Assembly: GCA_963695225.1 (NCBI GenBank) | Contig: OY968762.1 | Span: 2,816,001-2,880,000 of the forward strand | Source of the DNA: Vulcanimicrobiota bacterium | GTDB taxonomy: Bacteria; Vulcanimicrobiota; Vulcanimicrobiia; Vulcanimicrobiales; Vulcanimicrobiaceae | Length of the DNA: 64,000 nucleotides | Reading direction: 5' to 3' | Part shown: positions 19,393-28,351 of the stretch, piece by piece | Numbering within the stretch: the stretch's first letter is position 1 | How the letters are laid out: each line of letters starts with the position of its first letter | Translations under genes and position numbers: made by a program | The notes under the pieces: generated by a model | Database searches by the model: none | What the model saw: the letters and a program-made list of their open reading frames with translations, nothing else | What the model was told of the DNA's origin: nothing

Positions 19393-19836
19393 GTGCAGTG
19401 GGAAGAAGTGGTCGCGCGGGTACGCGATGCGGCGGCCGCCTGTGCGGGCGGCGGGCTCGTGCGCTTGCGGATTGACGACGTGTCGTTCGGGTGCGAGGTG
19501 CGGAGGGCGCCCGTTGCGAGACGCCAGGCGGATCCGGCTCCGCCGGCGCCGTCGCACGAGGCCGAGGTCGTAACGCCGAACGGCGCGGCGCCGGCTGCGA
19601 CGCTCGAGACGACCGCCGTCCTGAAGGCCGAAAACGTCGGCATCGTGCGCTTGTCGCGCCCCGCAGTTCCCGAGGGCGGCCGGTTTCCGGGCGTGCGCGA
19701 GCTGGCGTACGTGGAATCGCTCGGCATTCGCAACCCGATCCGGACGACGGGGCCGGGAACCGTCGCGAAGATCTTCGTCCGGGACGGTCAAGCGGTCGAT
19801 TTCGGTCAGCCGCTCTTCGCAATCGAGTACGCATGA
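19393..19836 (+). CDS. BCCP/AccB-like protein lacking the biotinylation lysine
   Basis: AccB architecture and 'G.V.KIFV.DGQ.V.FGQPLF.I', but EAMKM is replaced by ESLGI. Confidence 0.85.
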   Translation: MQWEEVVARVRDAAAACAGGGLVRLRIDDVSFGCEVRRAPVARRQADPAPPAPSHEAEVVTPNGAAPAATLETTAVLKAENVGIVRLSRPAVPEGGRFPGVRELAYVESLGIRNPIRTTGPGTVAKIFVRDGQAVDFGQPLFAIEYA

Positions 19837-21194
19837 TTCGTAAGATCCTCATCGCCAATCGCGGCGAGATCGCCGTGCGGGTGAATCGCGCCGCGCACGA
19901 ACTCGGCATCGAGACGGTCGCGATCTTCTCGGAGGCCGACCGGTCCGCGCTGCACGTGAAGAACGCGGACGAAGCCTATTGCGTCGGGCCCGGGCCTGTC
20001 GCGCGTTCGTACTTGAACATTCCGAACATCATCTCGGCCGCGTTGATCTCCGGCGCCGATGCGATCCACCCGGGCTACGGTTTCCTCGCCGAGAACGCGC
20101 GCTTCGCCGAGATCTGCGTCGATCATGGCATCACGTTCATCGGGCCGCAACCCGACGTCATCTCGCAGATGGGCGACAAGGCGACGGCCAAGCGCGTGAT
20201 GAGCGATGCGAAGGTGCCGATCACGCCGGGGAGCGGGATTCTCGAATCGGTCGAAGCCGCGGCGCGCGCCGCGCGCGAAATCGGGTATCCGGTGCTCTTG
20301 AAAGCGACGGCGGGCGGCGGCGGAAAGGGCATGCGCGAAGTGCGCACGCCGGACGAACTCGAACACGCGTATGCGACCGCGCAAGCCGAAGCCGAGGCGA
20401 ACTTCAAAGACGGCCGGCTCTATCTCGAAAAGCTGATCGCGCACCCGCGCCACGTGGAGGTTCAGGTCCTCGGCGACTCGGCCGGCAACGTCGTGCACTT
20501 GGGCGAACGCGATTGTTCCGTGCAGAAGCCCTCGCACCAGAAACTGATCGAAGAGGCGCCGGCTCCGGCGATCGCACCGCGCGTTCGCGCCCGCCTGCAC
20601 GAGATCGCGGTGGCCGCCGCACGGGCCGTTTCCTACCAGAGCGCGGGGACGCTCGAGTTTTTGGTCAGCGGCGACGATGTCTATTTCATGGAGATGAACA
20701 CGCGGGTTCAAGTCGAGCATCCGATCACGGAGATGCTCTACGGCGTCGATATCGTCGCCGAGCAGATCCGCATCGCGGCGGGCGAGAAGCTCTCCGTGAA
20801 TCAAGACGATCTCGAAGCGCGCGGGCACGCGATCGAATGCCGCATCAACGCGGAGGATGCGGGCTCGAACTTCGCGCCGGCCGCCGGGATGCTCTCCGAC
20901 GTCTCGTTCCCGGGCGGGTTCGGCGTGCGCGTCGACACGCACGCCTACGCGGGCTTGATGGTGCCGCCGTATTACGATTCGCTGCTCGCGAAGGTCGTCG
21001 CGCACGCGCCGACGCGCGAAGCAGCGCTCGAGCGTATGGATGCCGCGTTGCGCGAAACGCGCATCGCCGGCGTGAAAACGACGGTCGACATCTGCCGCCG
21101 CATCATTCACGACGAGCGCTTCCGGGCGGGCGGCGTTTCCATCGATTTCCTCCCGGCGCTGCTGGCGGAGCCGACGGCGCTCGTCGCGTCGTGA
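19833..21194 (+). CDS. accC: Biotin carboxylase
   Basis: ILIANRGEIA, HPGYGFLAEN, GGGGKGMR and EMNTRVQVEHP motifs; ATGA overlap. Confidence 0.95.
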   Translation: MIRKILIANRGEIAVRVNRAAHELGIETVAIFSEADRSALHVKNADEAYCVGPGPVARSYLNIPNIISAALISGADAIHPGYGFLAENARFAEICVDHGITFIGPQPDVISQMGDKATAKRVMSDAKVPITPGSGILESVEAAARAAREIGYPVLLKATAGGGGKGMREVRTPDELEHAYATAQAEAEANFKDGRLYLEKLIAHPRHVEVQVLGDSAGNVVHLGERDCSVQKPSHQKLIEEAPAPAIAPRVRARLHEIAVAAARAVSYQSAGTLEFLVSGDDVYFMEMNTRVQVEHPITEMLYGVDIVAEQIRIAAGEKLSVNQDDLEARGHAIECRINAEDAGSNFAPAAGMLSDVSFPGGFGVRVDTHAYAGLMVPPYYDSLLAKVVAHAPTREAALERMDAALRETRIAGVKTTVDICRRIIHDERFRAGGVSIDFLPALLAEPTALVAS

Positions 21195-21586
21195 CCCGCC
21201 GCTTCGCGCGGGAACTCGCGCTGCAGACGCTGTTCTCCGTCGAATTGGGCGGGCACGAACCGGGCGAGGCGCTGGGGCAGACGCTCGCCCGCCCGGGAAT
21301 CGACGAACAGCGGTCGTTCGTGAAAGACTTCGTCTTCGGAACGCTCGAGGATGCGGAGGAAAGCGACAAGCTGCTCGCCCCGCTGCTCGAGGGCTGGACG
21401 ATCGAACGTCTGCCGACCGTCGACCGCCTCGTGCTGCGCATGGGCGTGCACGAGATGCGCCGCCACCCCGAGACCCCGCGCCCCGTCGTGATCAACGAGG
21501 CCGTGGAGTTGGCGAAGAAGTTTTCGACGGAAGAATCCGGGCGCTTCGTGAACGGCGTCCTCTCTTCCGCAAGCCGGCTGCTGTGA
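21191..21586 (+). CDS. nusB: Transcription antitermination factor NusB
   Basis: RR.ARE.ALQ.L, INEAVELAKKF and FVNGVL motifs. Confidence 0.95.
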   Translation: MTRRFARELALQTLFSVELGGHEPGEALGQTLARPGIDEQRSFVKDFVFGTLEDAEESDKLLAPLLEGWTIERLPTVDRLVLRMGVHEMRRHPETPRPVVINEAVELAKKFSTEESGRFVNGVLSSASRLL

Positions 21587-23781
21587 GCGGGAAGCGGCGC
21601 CGGCGTACGAGCAAGCCTTCGCTCGCGGCGCGCTTCTTCGGGGCCGCCGGCATCGCGCTGCTGCTGATCGTGCTGCTCGCGGCGGGGACGATCGCGGGCG
21701 TCGTCTCGGCATATTCGAAGCGCTTGCCGGATCTCAACCGGATGGCGGACTTGCAGCCTTCGCGTTCCACGAAGATCATCGCACGCGACGGGACGTTGCT
21801 CGCTTCGCTCTATCACGAGAACCGCACGTGGGTTTCGATCGACAAGATTCCGCAGATGGTGCGCAACGCATTCATCGCGACGGAAGATCGCAACTTCTAC
21901 TCGCACCACGGCTTAGATTACGGCGGGATCGCGCGCGCGGCGTGGGCGGACTATCGCCACGAGCGTTTTCAAGGCGCTTCGACGATCACGCAACAGCTTG
22001 CGCGCGCGCTGTTCCTTTCGAACGAGGTCAAGTTCTCGCGCAAGATCCAGGAAGCGCTGCTCGCGATGGAGATCGAGCGCGCCTACACGAAGGACGAGAT
22101 CCTCGAGCGGTATCTCAATCTGATCTACTTCGGATCCGGCGCGTACGGCATCGAAGCGGCCTCGCACACGTATTTCGGAACCGACGTCGGGCACTTGCGG
22201 ATCGGCCAAGCGGCGATGCTCGCCGGGATGCCCGCGGCGCCTTCGATCTATTCGCCGTACGTGAACCTGCAGCACGCGAAGGACCGGCAAGCGCACGTGC
22301 TCGGGCGCATGGTGGCGGCGAACTTCATCACGCAAGAAGAAGCCGATCGCGAGGCGGCGCTCCCGCTCGGCCTCGTGGGCGAGCGGCCCGCCGGGCTGAC
22401 GGGCTTTCGGTATCCGTATTTCACGACGTACGTGAACCAGATCGTCGAGCAGCAGTTCGGCGAACAGGCGACGTACGAGGGCGGCCTCGAGGTCACGACG
22501 ACGCTCGACCCCGCGATGCAGAGGACGGCGCAAGATGCGGTCGATTGGGGGATCGGCCGCGCGGAGGCGGAGGGGATCGGCGCGCATCAAGGCGCGCTCG
22601 TCGCGCTGCGTCCTTCGACGGGCGAGATCGTCGCGATGGTCGGCGGCGCGGGCGGCTTCACGCTGAAGAATCAGTTCAATCGCGCGTGGCAAGCGCGCCG
22701 GCAGCCCGGTTCTTCGTTCAAGGTCTTCGTCTACACGGCGGCCGTCGACAACGGGAAGCCTCCGACCTCGATCGTCGAGGATACGCCGATTTCGTACCCG
22801 ATGGGCGACGGCACGCTCTGGAAGCCGATGGACGACGACAATCGTTTCCTCGGCGCGATCACGCTGCGCTACGCGCTGGCGCAATCGCGCAACGTCGTCG
22901 CCGTGAAGCTCGCCGAGAAGATCGGCATCGATCGCGTGATCGAATACGCGAAGCGCATGGGCATCAAGGAACCGCTCGAGCCGAATCTCTCGCTCGCGCT
23001 CGGCAGCTCGGTGGTGACGCCGCTCGATATGGCGTCGGGGTACTCGACGCTCGCGAACGGCGGGATCCACATCGATCCTTCGCCGATTCGCACGGTGAAG
23101 GATTCGCTCGGGACGATCGTGCTCGACAATCGCTTCCCGGCGCAAAGCGAAGTCATCGGCGCCGGGACGGCGTACGTGATGACGACGATGCTGGAGAGCG
23201 TGATCGCCGAGGGTACGGGGTATCCGAACGCCGTCATCGACCGGCCGGCGGCCGGAAAGACGGGGACCACGTCGGATTTCCGCGACGCGTGGTTCGTCGG
23301 GTTCACGCCGGATCTCGTCGCGGCCGTTTGGATCGGCAACGACGACTACCGGCGGATGAACGAATCGTACGGCGGAAACATCCCAGCGCGGATTTGGGCG
23401 CGCTTCATGCGCAAAGCGCTCGAGAAGACGCCGAAGAACGATTTCGTCCAGCCCGCGAACGAAGTGCAACGCGTCGCGATCTGCGGGAAACCCGACCGCT
23501 TTGAATACTTTCTCGTCGGGACGGGGCCGAACGCTTCGTGCCTTTCGGGCGGCGGCGTGACGAGCTTCACGCGGCGCACCGCCGACGCCGGAACGCCGCC
23601 GCCCGATGCGGCGCAAACCCCGCCCGGCGCCGCGTCGAAGGCCGCAGCCGCCGCGCGGCCGGCCGCAGTCGAAGTCGTGACGCCGCTTCCCGAGGTGAAG
23701 CGGGACGAGCCGACCGCGGCGCCGCCGACGGATGCACCGGCGCAAGACCCGGCGCCGCCGGGGCCGGAGCCGACGCCCTGA
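21583..23781 (+). CDS. Class A penicillin-binding protein (PBP1A family)
   Basis: EDRNFY.H.G and GASTITQQL (transglycosylase); S-S-F-K, SRN and KTGT (transpeptidase). Confidence 0.95.
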   Translation: MSGKRRRRTSKPSLAARFFGAAGIALLLIVLLAAGTIAGVVSAYSKRLPDLNRMADLQPSRSTKIIARDGTLLASLYHENRTWVSIDKIPQMVRNAFIATEDRNFYSHHGLDYGGIARAAWADYRHERFQGASTITQQLARALFLSNEVKFSRKIQEALLAMEIERAYTKDEILERYLNLIYFGSGAYGIEAASHTYFGTDVGHLRIGQAAMLAGMPAAPSIYSPYVNLQHAKDRQAHVLGRMVAANFITQEEADREAALPLGLVGERPAGLTGFRYPYFTTYVNQIVEQQFGEQATYEGGLEVTTTLDPAMQRTAQDAVDWGIGRAEAEGIGAHQGALVALRPSTGEIVAMVGGAGGFTLKNQFNRAWQARRQPGSSFKVFVYTAAVDNGKPPTSIVEDTPISYPMGDGTLWKPMDDDNRFLGAITLRYALAQSRNVVAVKLAEKIGIDRVIEYAKRMGIKEPLEPNLSLALGSSVVTPLDMASGYSTLANGGIHIDPSPIRTVKDSLGTIVLDNRFPAQSEVIGAGTAYVMTTMLESVIAEGTGYPNAVIDRPAAGKTGTTSDFRDAWFVGFTPDLVAAVWIGNDDYRRMNESYGGNIPARIWARFMRKALEKTPKNDFVQPANEVQRVAICGKPDRFEYFLVGTGPNASCLSGGGVTSFTRRTADAGTPPPDAAQTPPGAASKAAAAARPAAVEVVTPLPEVKRDEPTAAPPTDAPAQDPAPPGPEPTP

Positions 23782-25208
23782 TCCGCGGCGAGGGCACGCC
23801 GGCCGCGAAGCCCCGCATATGGGGCGTGCGCGAGCTCGCGCGCTACCTCGCGCGCAAATTCGAGGATCCCAAGCTCACGGATATCGGCGTGCGCGGGGAG
23901 ATCACCGGCGCGAAGAACGGCGCGTCGGCGAGCGGCACGATGTACTTCGGGCTCAAGGGGCCCAATGTCGTGCTGCCGTGCGTGGCCTTCAGTTCGGTGG
24001 CGCAGTCGCTCGCGAAGATCGAGGACGGGCTCGAAGCGATCGTCTACGGGCAAGTGCGGTTCTACGAGAATCGCAGCACGTGCCAGCTCTACGTGACGCG
24101 CGTCGAGCTCGTCGGCGCGGGTTCGTTCGCGCAGATCTACGAGCGCACGAAGCGGAAACTCGAAGCGGAGGGCCTGTTCGATCCGTCGCGCAAGCGGCCG
24201 ATTCCGCGCTTCCCGTTCCGCATCGTGCTCGTTTCCTCGCCGGGCGCGGACGGCGCGAACGATTTCATCGGCGCGCTGCGGGAGCGCTGCCCGTTCCTCG
24301 ACGTGCGGCTCGAGCAGACGCTCGTGCAAGGCGCGAACGCGCCGCCCGCGATCGCGCAGGCGCTCGCGCGCGCCGGGAGGAGCGGGGCGGATTTGATCGT
24401 CGTCGCGCGCGGCGGCGGATCGGACGAGGACCGCATCCCCTTCAACGACGAGCAAGTCGCGCGCGCGATCGCGCGCTCGCCGATCCCCGTGATGACGGCG
24501 ATCGGGCACCGCGCCGACCATCACATCGCCGACGACGTCGCGGATTTCAAGGCCGACGTCCCGCGCGACGCCGCGAACCACATCGCGCGCGAGTTCCTGG
24601 AATTGCCGCAGCGCTTCCGGGATGCGCAGCAACGGATGCGCGCGAGCGTCCTGCGCCGCATCGAGAGCGAGCGCAAGCGCGTGGAGCGGCTCGCCGGATC
24701 GCCGTTCCTGAACCGCTTCGACCGGATCGCAGGGGCGAAGCTGCAAATGCTCGACCAGCTCGCCGCCGGCGTCCCGCGCGCGCAGGCTCAGGTCGTGCGC
24801 CGGAAGAGCGACCGGCTCGCGGGCATCGAGCGGCGCCTCGCGCGCTTCGATCCGAGCGTGCGGCTCGCGCAACGGGGCGCGCGGATCTCCGGCCTCGAGC
24901 AGGCGCTCGCGCTGCATTGGGCGGCCCATGCGAAGGCGGCGACGCGCGACCTGGCCGACCGCGAGCGTTCGCTCGACCGCGCGATCGCGGAGCGGCTGCG
25001 GGCGGGCGAACAGCGAGTCGAGCGGCTCCGCCTGCAGCTCGCGGGGAAGGATCCGGTCAAGGTGCTGCAGCTCGGCTACGCGATCGTCCGCAAGGACGGC
25101 CGGGCCGTCCGAGATGCCGCGCAGTTCGGCCCGGGCGACGCGCTCGATGCCCAGCTCGCGCATGGGACGGTGCGGGCGCGGGTCGAAGAGAGCATGCGCG
25201 ATGAGTGA
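23778..25208 (+). CDS. xseA: Exodeoxyribonuclease VII large subunit; start CTG 23778 or GTG 23826
   Basis: OB-fold region (VRGEI..SG.MYF.LK), EGLFD..RK, ARGGGS and AIGH..D motifs. Confidence 0.93.
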   Translation: MIRGEGTPAAKPRIWGVRELARYLARKFEDPKLTDIGVRGEITGAKNGASASGTMYFGLKGPNVVLPCVAFSSVAQSLAKIEDGLEAIVYGQVRFYENRSTCQLYVTRVELVGAGSFAQIYERTKRKLEAEGLFDPSRKRPIPRFPFRIVLVSSPGADGANDFIGALRERCPFLDVRLEQTLVQGANAPPAIAQALARAGRSGADLIVVARGGGSDEDRIPFNDEQVARAIARSPIPVMTAIGHRADHHIADDVADFKADVPRDAANHIAREFLELPQRFRDAQQRMRASVLRRIESERKRVERLAGSPFLNRFDRIAGAKLQMLDQLAAGVPRAQAQVVRRKSDRLAGIERRLARFDPSVRLAQRGARISGLEQALALHWAAHAKAATRDLADRERSLDRAIAERLRAGEQRVERLRLQLAGKDPVKVLQLGYAIVRKDGRAVRDAAQFGPGDALDAQLAHGTVRARVEESMRDE

Positions 25209-25491
25209 GAAGCGTTCGGAGACCTTCGAAGCCGGGATCGACCAACTCGACAAGATCGTCAAGCGCCTGGAATCCGGCGAGGTCGACCTCGACGAATCGG
25301 TCGAGCTTTTCAAACAGGGCCAGTTGCTCGTGAAGCGCTGCCAAGCGCAGTTGCAGCAAGCGCAAGACGCGGTGAAAGCCGCGCTCGAAGCGCCCGCCGC
25401 CGCGCCGAAAGAAGAAGCCCCCCCGCCACGGGCAGCCGCGACCCAGCAACGCGCGCCAAGCCTGCTCGACGACGAAGAGATTCCGTTCTGA
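25201..25491 (+). CDS. xseB: Exodeoxyribonuclease VII small subunit with an extended acidic tail
   Basis: FE....L..IV..LESG...L.ES..LF..G..L...C...L..A pattern. Confidence 0.93.
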   Translation: MSEKRSETFEAGIDQLDKIVKRLESGEVDLDESVELFKQGQLLVKRCQAQLQQAQDAVKAALEAPAAAPKEEAPPPRAAATQQRAPSLLDDEEIPF

Positions 25492-25498
25492 CACCAAC

Positions 25499-25690
25499 TT
25501 ACAGAAAGGGGAGGACGTCGGTTGGCAGCCGTCGTCCCTTCTTCACCGGATTCGTCCGCTGAAGATTCACGATAATCTCGTGAAGCAACGTCGGCGTCGC
25601 TAGGACGTCGAACCACATCGTCAGCTCGTCGAAGGCGTCCGCTCCAATCCTTTGCAAGGCCGACTTGTCGATGACGAGCCGCGGGTTCAC
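25499..25690 (-). pseudogene. Probable truncated gene with a PIN-like N-terminus
   Basis: 'LVIDKSAL...TPTLLHEI' resembles the start of a PIN domain, but the ORF is only 63 aa and abuts xseB. Confidence 0.35.
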
Positions 25691-26343
25691 GACGCTTGGC
25701 TTTCGTTGCGAGATTCGGCACTGGCGAATCGGTGGTTACGCTCCGCGTTCTTCAGGATCTGCCTGAGCGCGTGGAGATAGCGAACGGAGAGTTCGACAAC
25801 GGTCTCGCCGCGTGGTGCGAGTTTCCTATACGCTTCTTCCGTGTCGGGTTCGAGCCCGTCGAGCGTGAAGGCGTAGGTCGGGTTCACGAGGCCGGTGACA
25901 CGCATCTTGTTAGGCATCAAGCCTCCGCCCGGAGCCGGGATCAGGACCGAATCAGGCTCGCCGACGTATTGGATCCTATTCGTCTTGCTGATGAGGCGCG
26001 GTCGATACTGGTGACCTGACTGGGCGGCGAGAAGGCGGAAGAAGTCGAAGAGGTCACGGTCGCCATCACACCGCCTCTTGAACCATGCCGCGCACTTCGA
26101 GGCGTCCGAAGCGACCCGGAGATACTCGCGCGCTGTTCTCGCTGTACGTAAGAAGTTGTTGAAGTCGCGGATGAAGAGACGCTCGCTCTCCGCCTTGGCG
26201 TCGGGGTCGCCGTCCCTCTGCGAGTTCGTCGCCACTGCGGCTTCCTGCTTGATCGCCGCGCCGAGGAAGTCTCCGGCGTCTCGGAGCTCCTGTTCGATCT
26301 CAGGACAGGTGGCGATCCTCTTCGAAGGCGTCCCTCTAGGCAC
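25687..26343 (-). CDS. Helical hypothetical protein, possibly degenerate HEPN-like
   Basis: 'FNNFLRTART..YL' and 'FFRLLAAQSGH'; 4-nt overlap with the next ORF. Confidence 0.55.
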   Translation of the reverse strand: MPRGTPSKRIATCPEIEQELRDAGDFLGAAIKQEAAVATNSQRDGDPDAKAESERLFIRDFNNFLRTARTAREYLRVASDASKCAAWFKRRCDGDRDLFDFFRLLAAQSGHQYRPRLISKTNRIQYVGEPDSVLIPAPGGGLMPNKMRVTGLVNPTYAFTLDGLEPDTEEAYRKLAPRGETVVELSVRYLHALRQILKNAERNHRFASAESRNESQAS

Positions 26344-26480
26344 GTTTGGCCGGCCTTTTTTCGCGGGGATCGCGGAAGTTGGCGAACACGAGCAGATCTC
26401 CCAACGGAAAGGCAGCCCGAATGTCGCTAGCGTCCTCTGGACTCCTAGACATGCTCTGTCCTCCGACTCGCATCCACGCC

Positions 26481-27296
26481 TTACAAACCAAGTTGGGTTT
26501 CGTGTCGATCAACGGCAATGCTCCATAATCCAAAGACACGGTCCACGGTCGCAGTGTCGTAGCCGAATCGCGGTGCTACGAAGTTGCAGAAATGCATCAG
26601 GAGGCGCGCTATTTCCAATACCCTCGCGTTTGGTTCGGCCATAAGTGAAACTTCCCGAATCGCCCACTCTGTGTCACTTGAGACGTCGAATAGGTCTTCG
26701 GCAACGAGTGCGCGGCAGTGCACGAACAGCGAAGGCGTATCGATATGGCTGAATATCAGACTTCGGAGCTGCGTCGCGTCAGCGATCAGCGTCGCCCACG
26801 TCGTCTCAGCGGCTGCCAGAAGAGATGCCTCCCGAGTTAGCTCGGCCTCGGGCGTCTGCGCGAGATACTCGGCGATGTGGCGCTGTACGCCGGGCGGGAC
26901 TACCGTGTTCTTGACGAGAGGCGCATTCGGTTTGCCACCGACGCGACGCACTTCTTCGCGAGCCGCGAACGCGGGCAACGCCTTCCAGCACGCGAAGGCA
27001 AACTCTGGACGCAAATTCCAGTCCATCGTCCGCACCATCGCCTCGAACAGGCAGCGGTCGAGCGCGATGCCCGCATAAGAACGCCCTGCCGAGAACTCCG
27101 CGACGGCGCCACGCGCGTGTTCCTGGGCGAGATGCATGCCGCAAATCGTGAGGTACCAAACCGCACTGTCCATTGGCTCCGCTGGAGGTGCCTTAGCTAC
27201 TACTAGCCGCGTAAGTGTTTCCAGGAGCGTCACCGCCTCTTCACCGACCTCGACGACGTCGCTCCTGATGTGCGTCGACTCAGGGCCCCGCCTCAT
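26481..27296 (-). CDS. DUF5677-like helical protein
   Basis: 'DRCLFEA' and 'SLFVH' motifs; SD GGGAG upstream. Confidence 0.55.
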   Translation of the reverse strand: MRRGPESTHIRSDVVEVGEEAVTLLETLTRLVVAKAPPAEPMDSAVWYLTICGMHLAQEHARGAVAEFSAGRSYAGIALDRCLFEAMVRTMDWNLRPEFAFACWKALPAFAAREEVRRVGGKPNAPLVKNTVVPPGVQRHIAEYLAQTPEAELTREASLLAAAETTWATLIADATQLRSLIFSHIDTPSLFVHCRALVAEDLFDVSSDTEWAIREVSLMAEPNARVLEIARLLMHFCNFVAPRFGYDTATVDRVFGLWSIAVDRHETQLGL

Positions 27297-27487
27297 CGTT
27301 CTCGCTCCCTTTCGCTATTGAGCCACTCTCGCGCCATGAGATTCGGTACTCCCAACGCTACGCACTGAAGTGGATGGTGGCCGCGGCAGCGAGACACGTT
27401 CACAACTGTACATTCGCATGAGCAACGAATGGAATGAACGGCCACCGGATAGGCATAACGTCCCTCTTGCCATGTCCGCTCGCGTTG

Positions 27488-28351
27488 CTAGTCGGATGTC
27501 GCATAGTTCGACTCCAGGATCCTCCGCTGGATCGACGATAGTTCTTTGCCTTCGGATCGCAGTCGATCGCGCTGAGTGACCTGAGGACGCGCCGGGATAT
27601 CGATATCGTCAGCGAGTTGTTTCGGGCTGCGCATATCGAACGTCGAACCTGGCCCAAATAGGCCGGGCACGCCAAGCTTGACGCCGCGCATGTTTGATAG
27701 GTGCGAACTCAAGGCGATGTTCTGAACATTTCCCGGGAACGTCGCGAAGACTCGCTCGGAAAAGGAGAGGGTCGCCTCGAAGAACCTCTCAAAGCGTGTG
27801 ACGGGGTAGGCTTCCCGGTTCGACCATCGCTCGCGGAAAGCAACAAGGCCGGTCGCACAAACGCGGATACTCTGCCAGGGCGGCCCGCGTCGAACGCTAT
27901 TGCGAAATTCAAACCAACCGTCGCTCGCTTCCCAGTCGAAACCTCCCGCCGTCATCCAGCCGGCATCGACGCGGCCATCGTTGATCGTCGCTAGGACGGC
28001 GGCTTCGATATTGCGCCGAAACGCATCGGTATGGAACAGTTTGAGCGGTAGTCGATCGCGGTCGATGGGAATCGGCAAAGCGAGATGCGTGATATAGACA
28101 TTCCTTCCAAGTTCGACGCCAAAGTCGAGCGATTGGAAGTACGCGAGAGCCGCATCGATGCTGCCGGGTACGAGATCGGAGGATCCGGTGAGGGGCAGCA
28201 TGTCGATGTTCTGCCGAACCCGAGAGATGAGGAACCGGATCCGAGCAACATAGCTTGCCGCGGTCGTAGGATCGAAGGGATCACGTGCGGCCAGGGCGTC
28301 AAGCCTCTTGAGAGCCTCGTCAAGGTCGGCCGAGATCTCCGCGACGGTCAC
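27488..28351 (-). CDS. Hypothetical protein coupled to abiEii
   Basis: 287-aa ORF with a GTGA overlap onto the toxin stop codon. Confidence 0.7.
   Translation of the reverse strand: MTVAEISADLDEALKRLDALAARDPFDPTTAASYVARIRFLISRVRQNIDMLPLTGSSDLVPGSIDAALAYFQSLDFGVELGRNVYITHLALPIPIDRDRLPLKLFHTDAFRRNIEAAVLATINDGRVDAGWMTAGGFDWEASDGWFEFRNSVRRGPPWQSIRVCATGLVAFRERWSNREAYPVTRFERFFEATLSFSERVFATFPGNVQNIALSSHLSNMRGVKLGVPGLFGPGSTFDMRSPKQLADDIDIPARPQVTQRDRLRSEGKELSSIQRRILESNYATSD

Noticed and set aside
558..25721. Many long Arg/Ala-rich antisense and alternate-frame ORFs (e.g. 21913-23745, 23346-25721)
   Set aside because: Shadow ORFs expected at high GC, overlapping well-supported genes.
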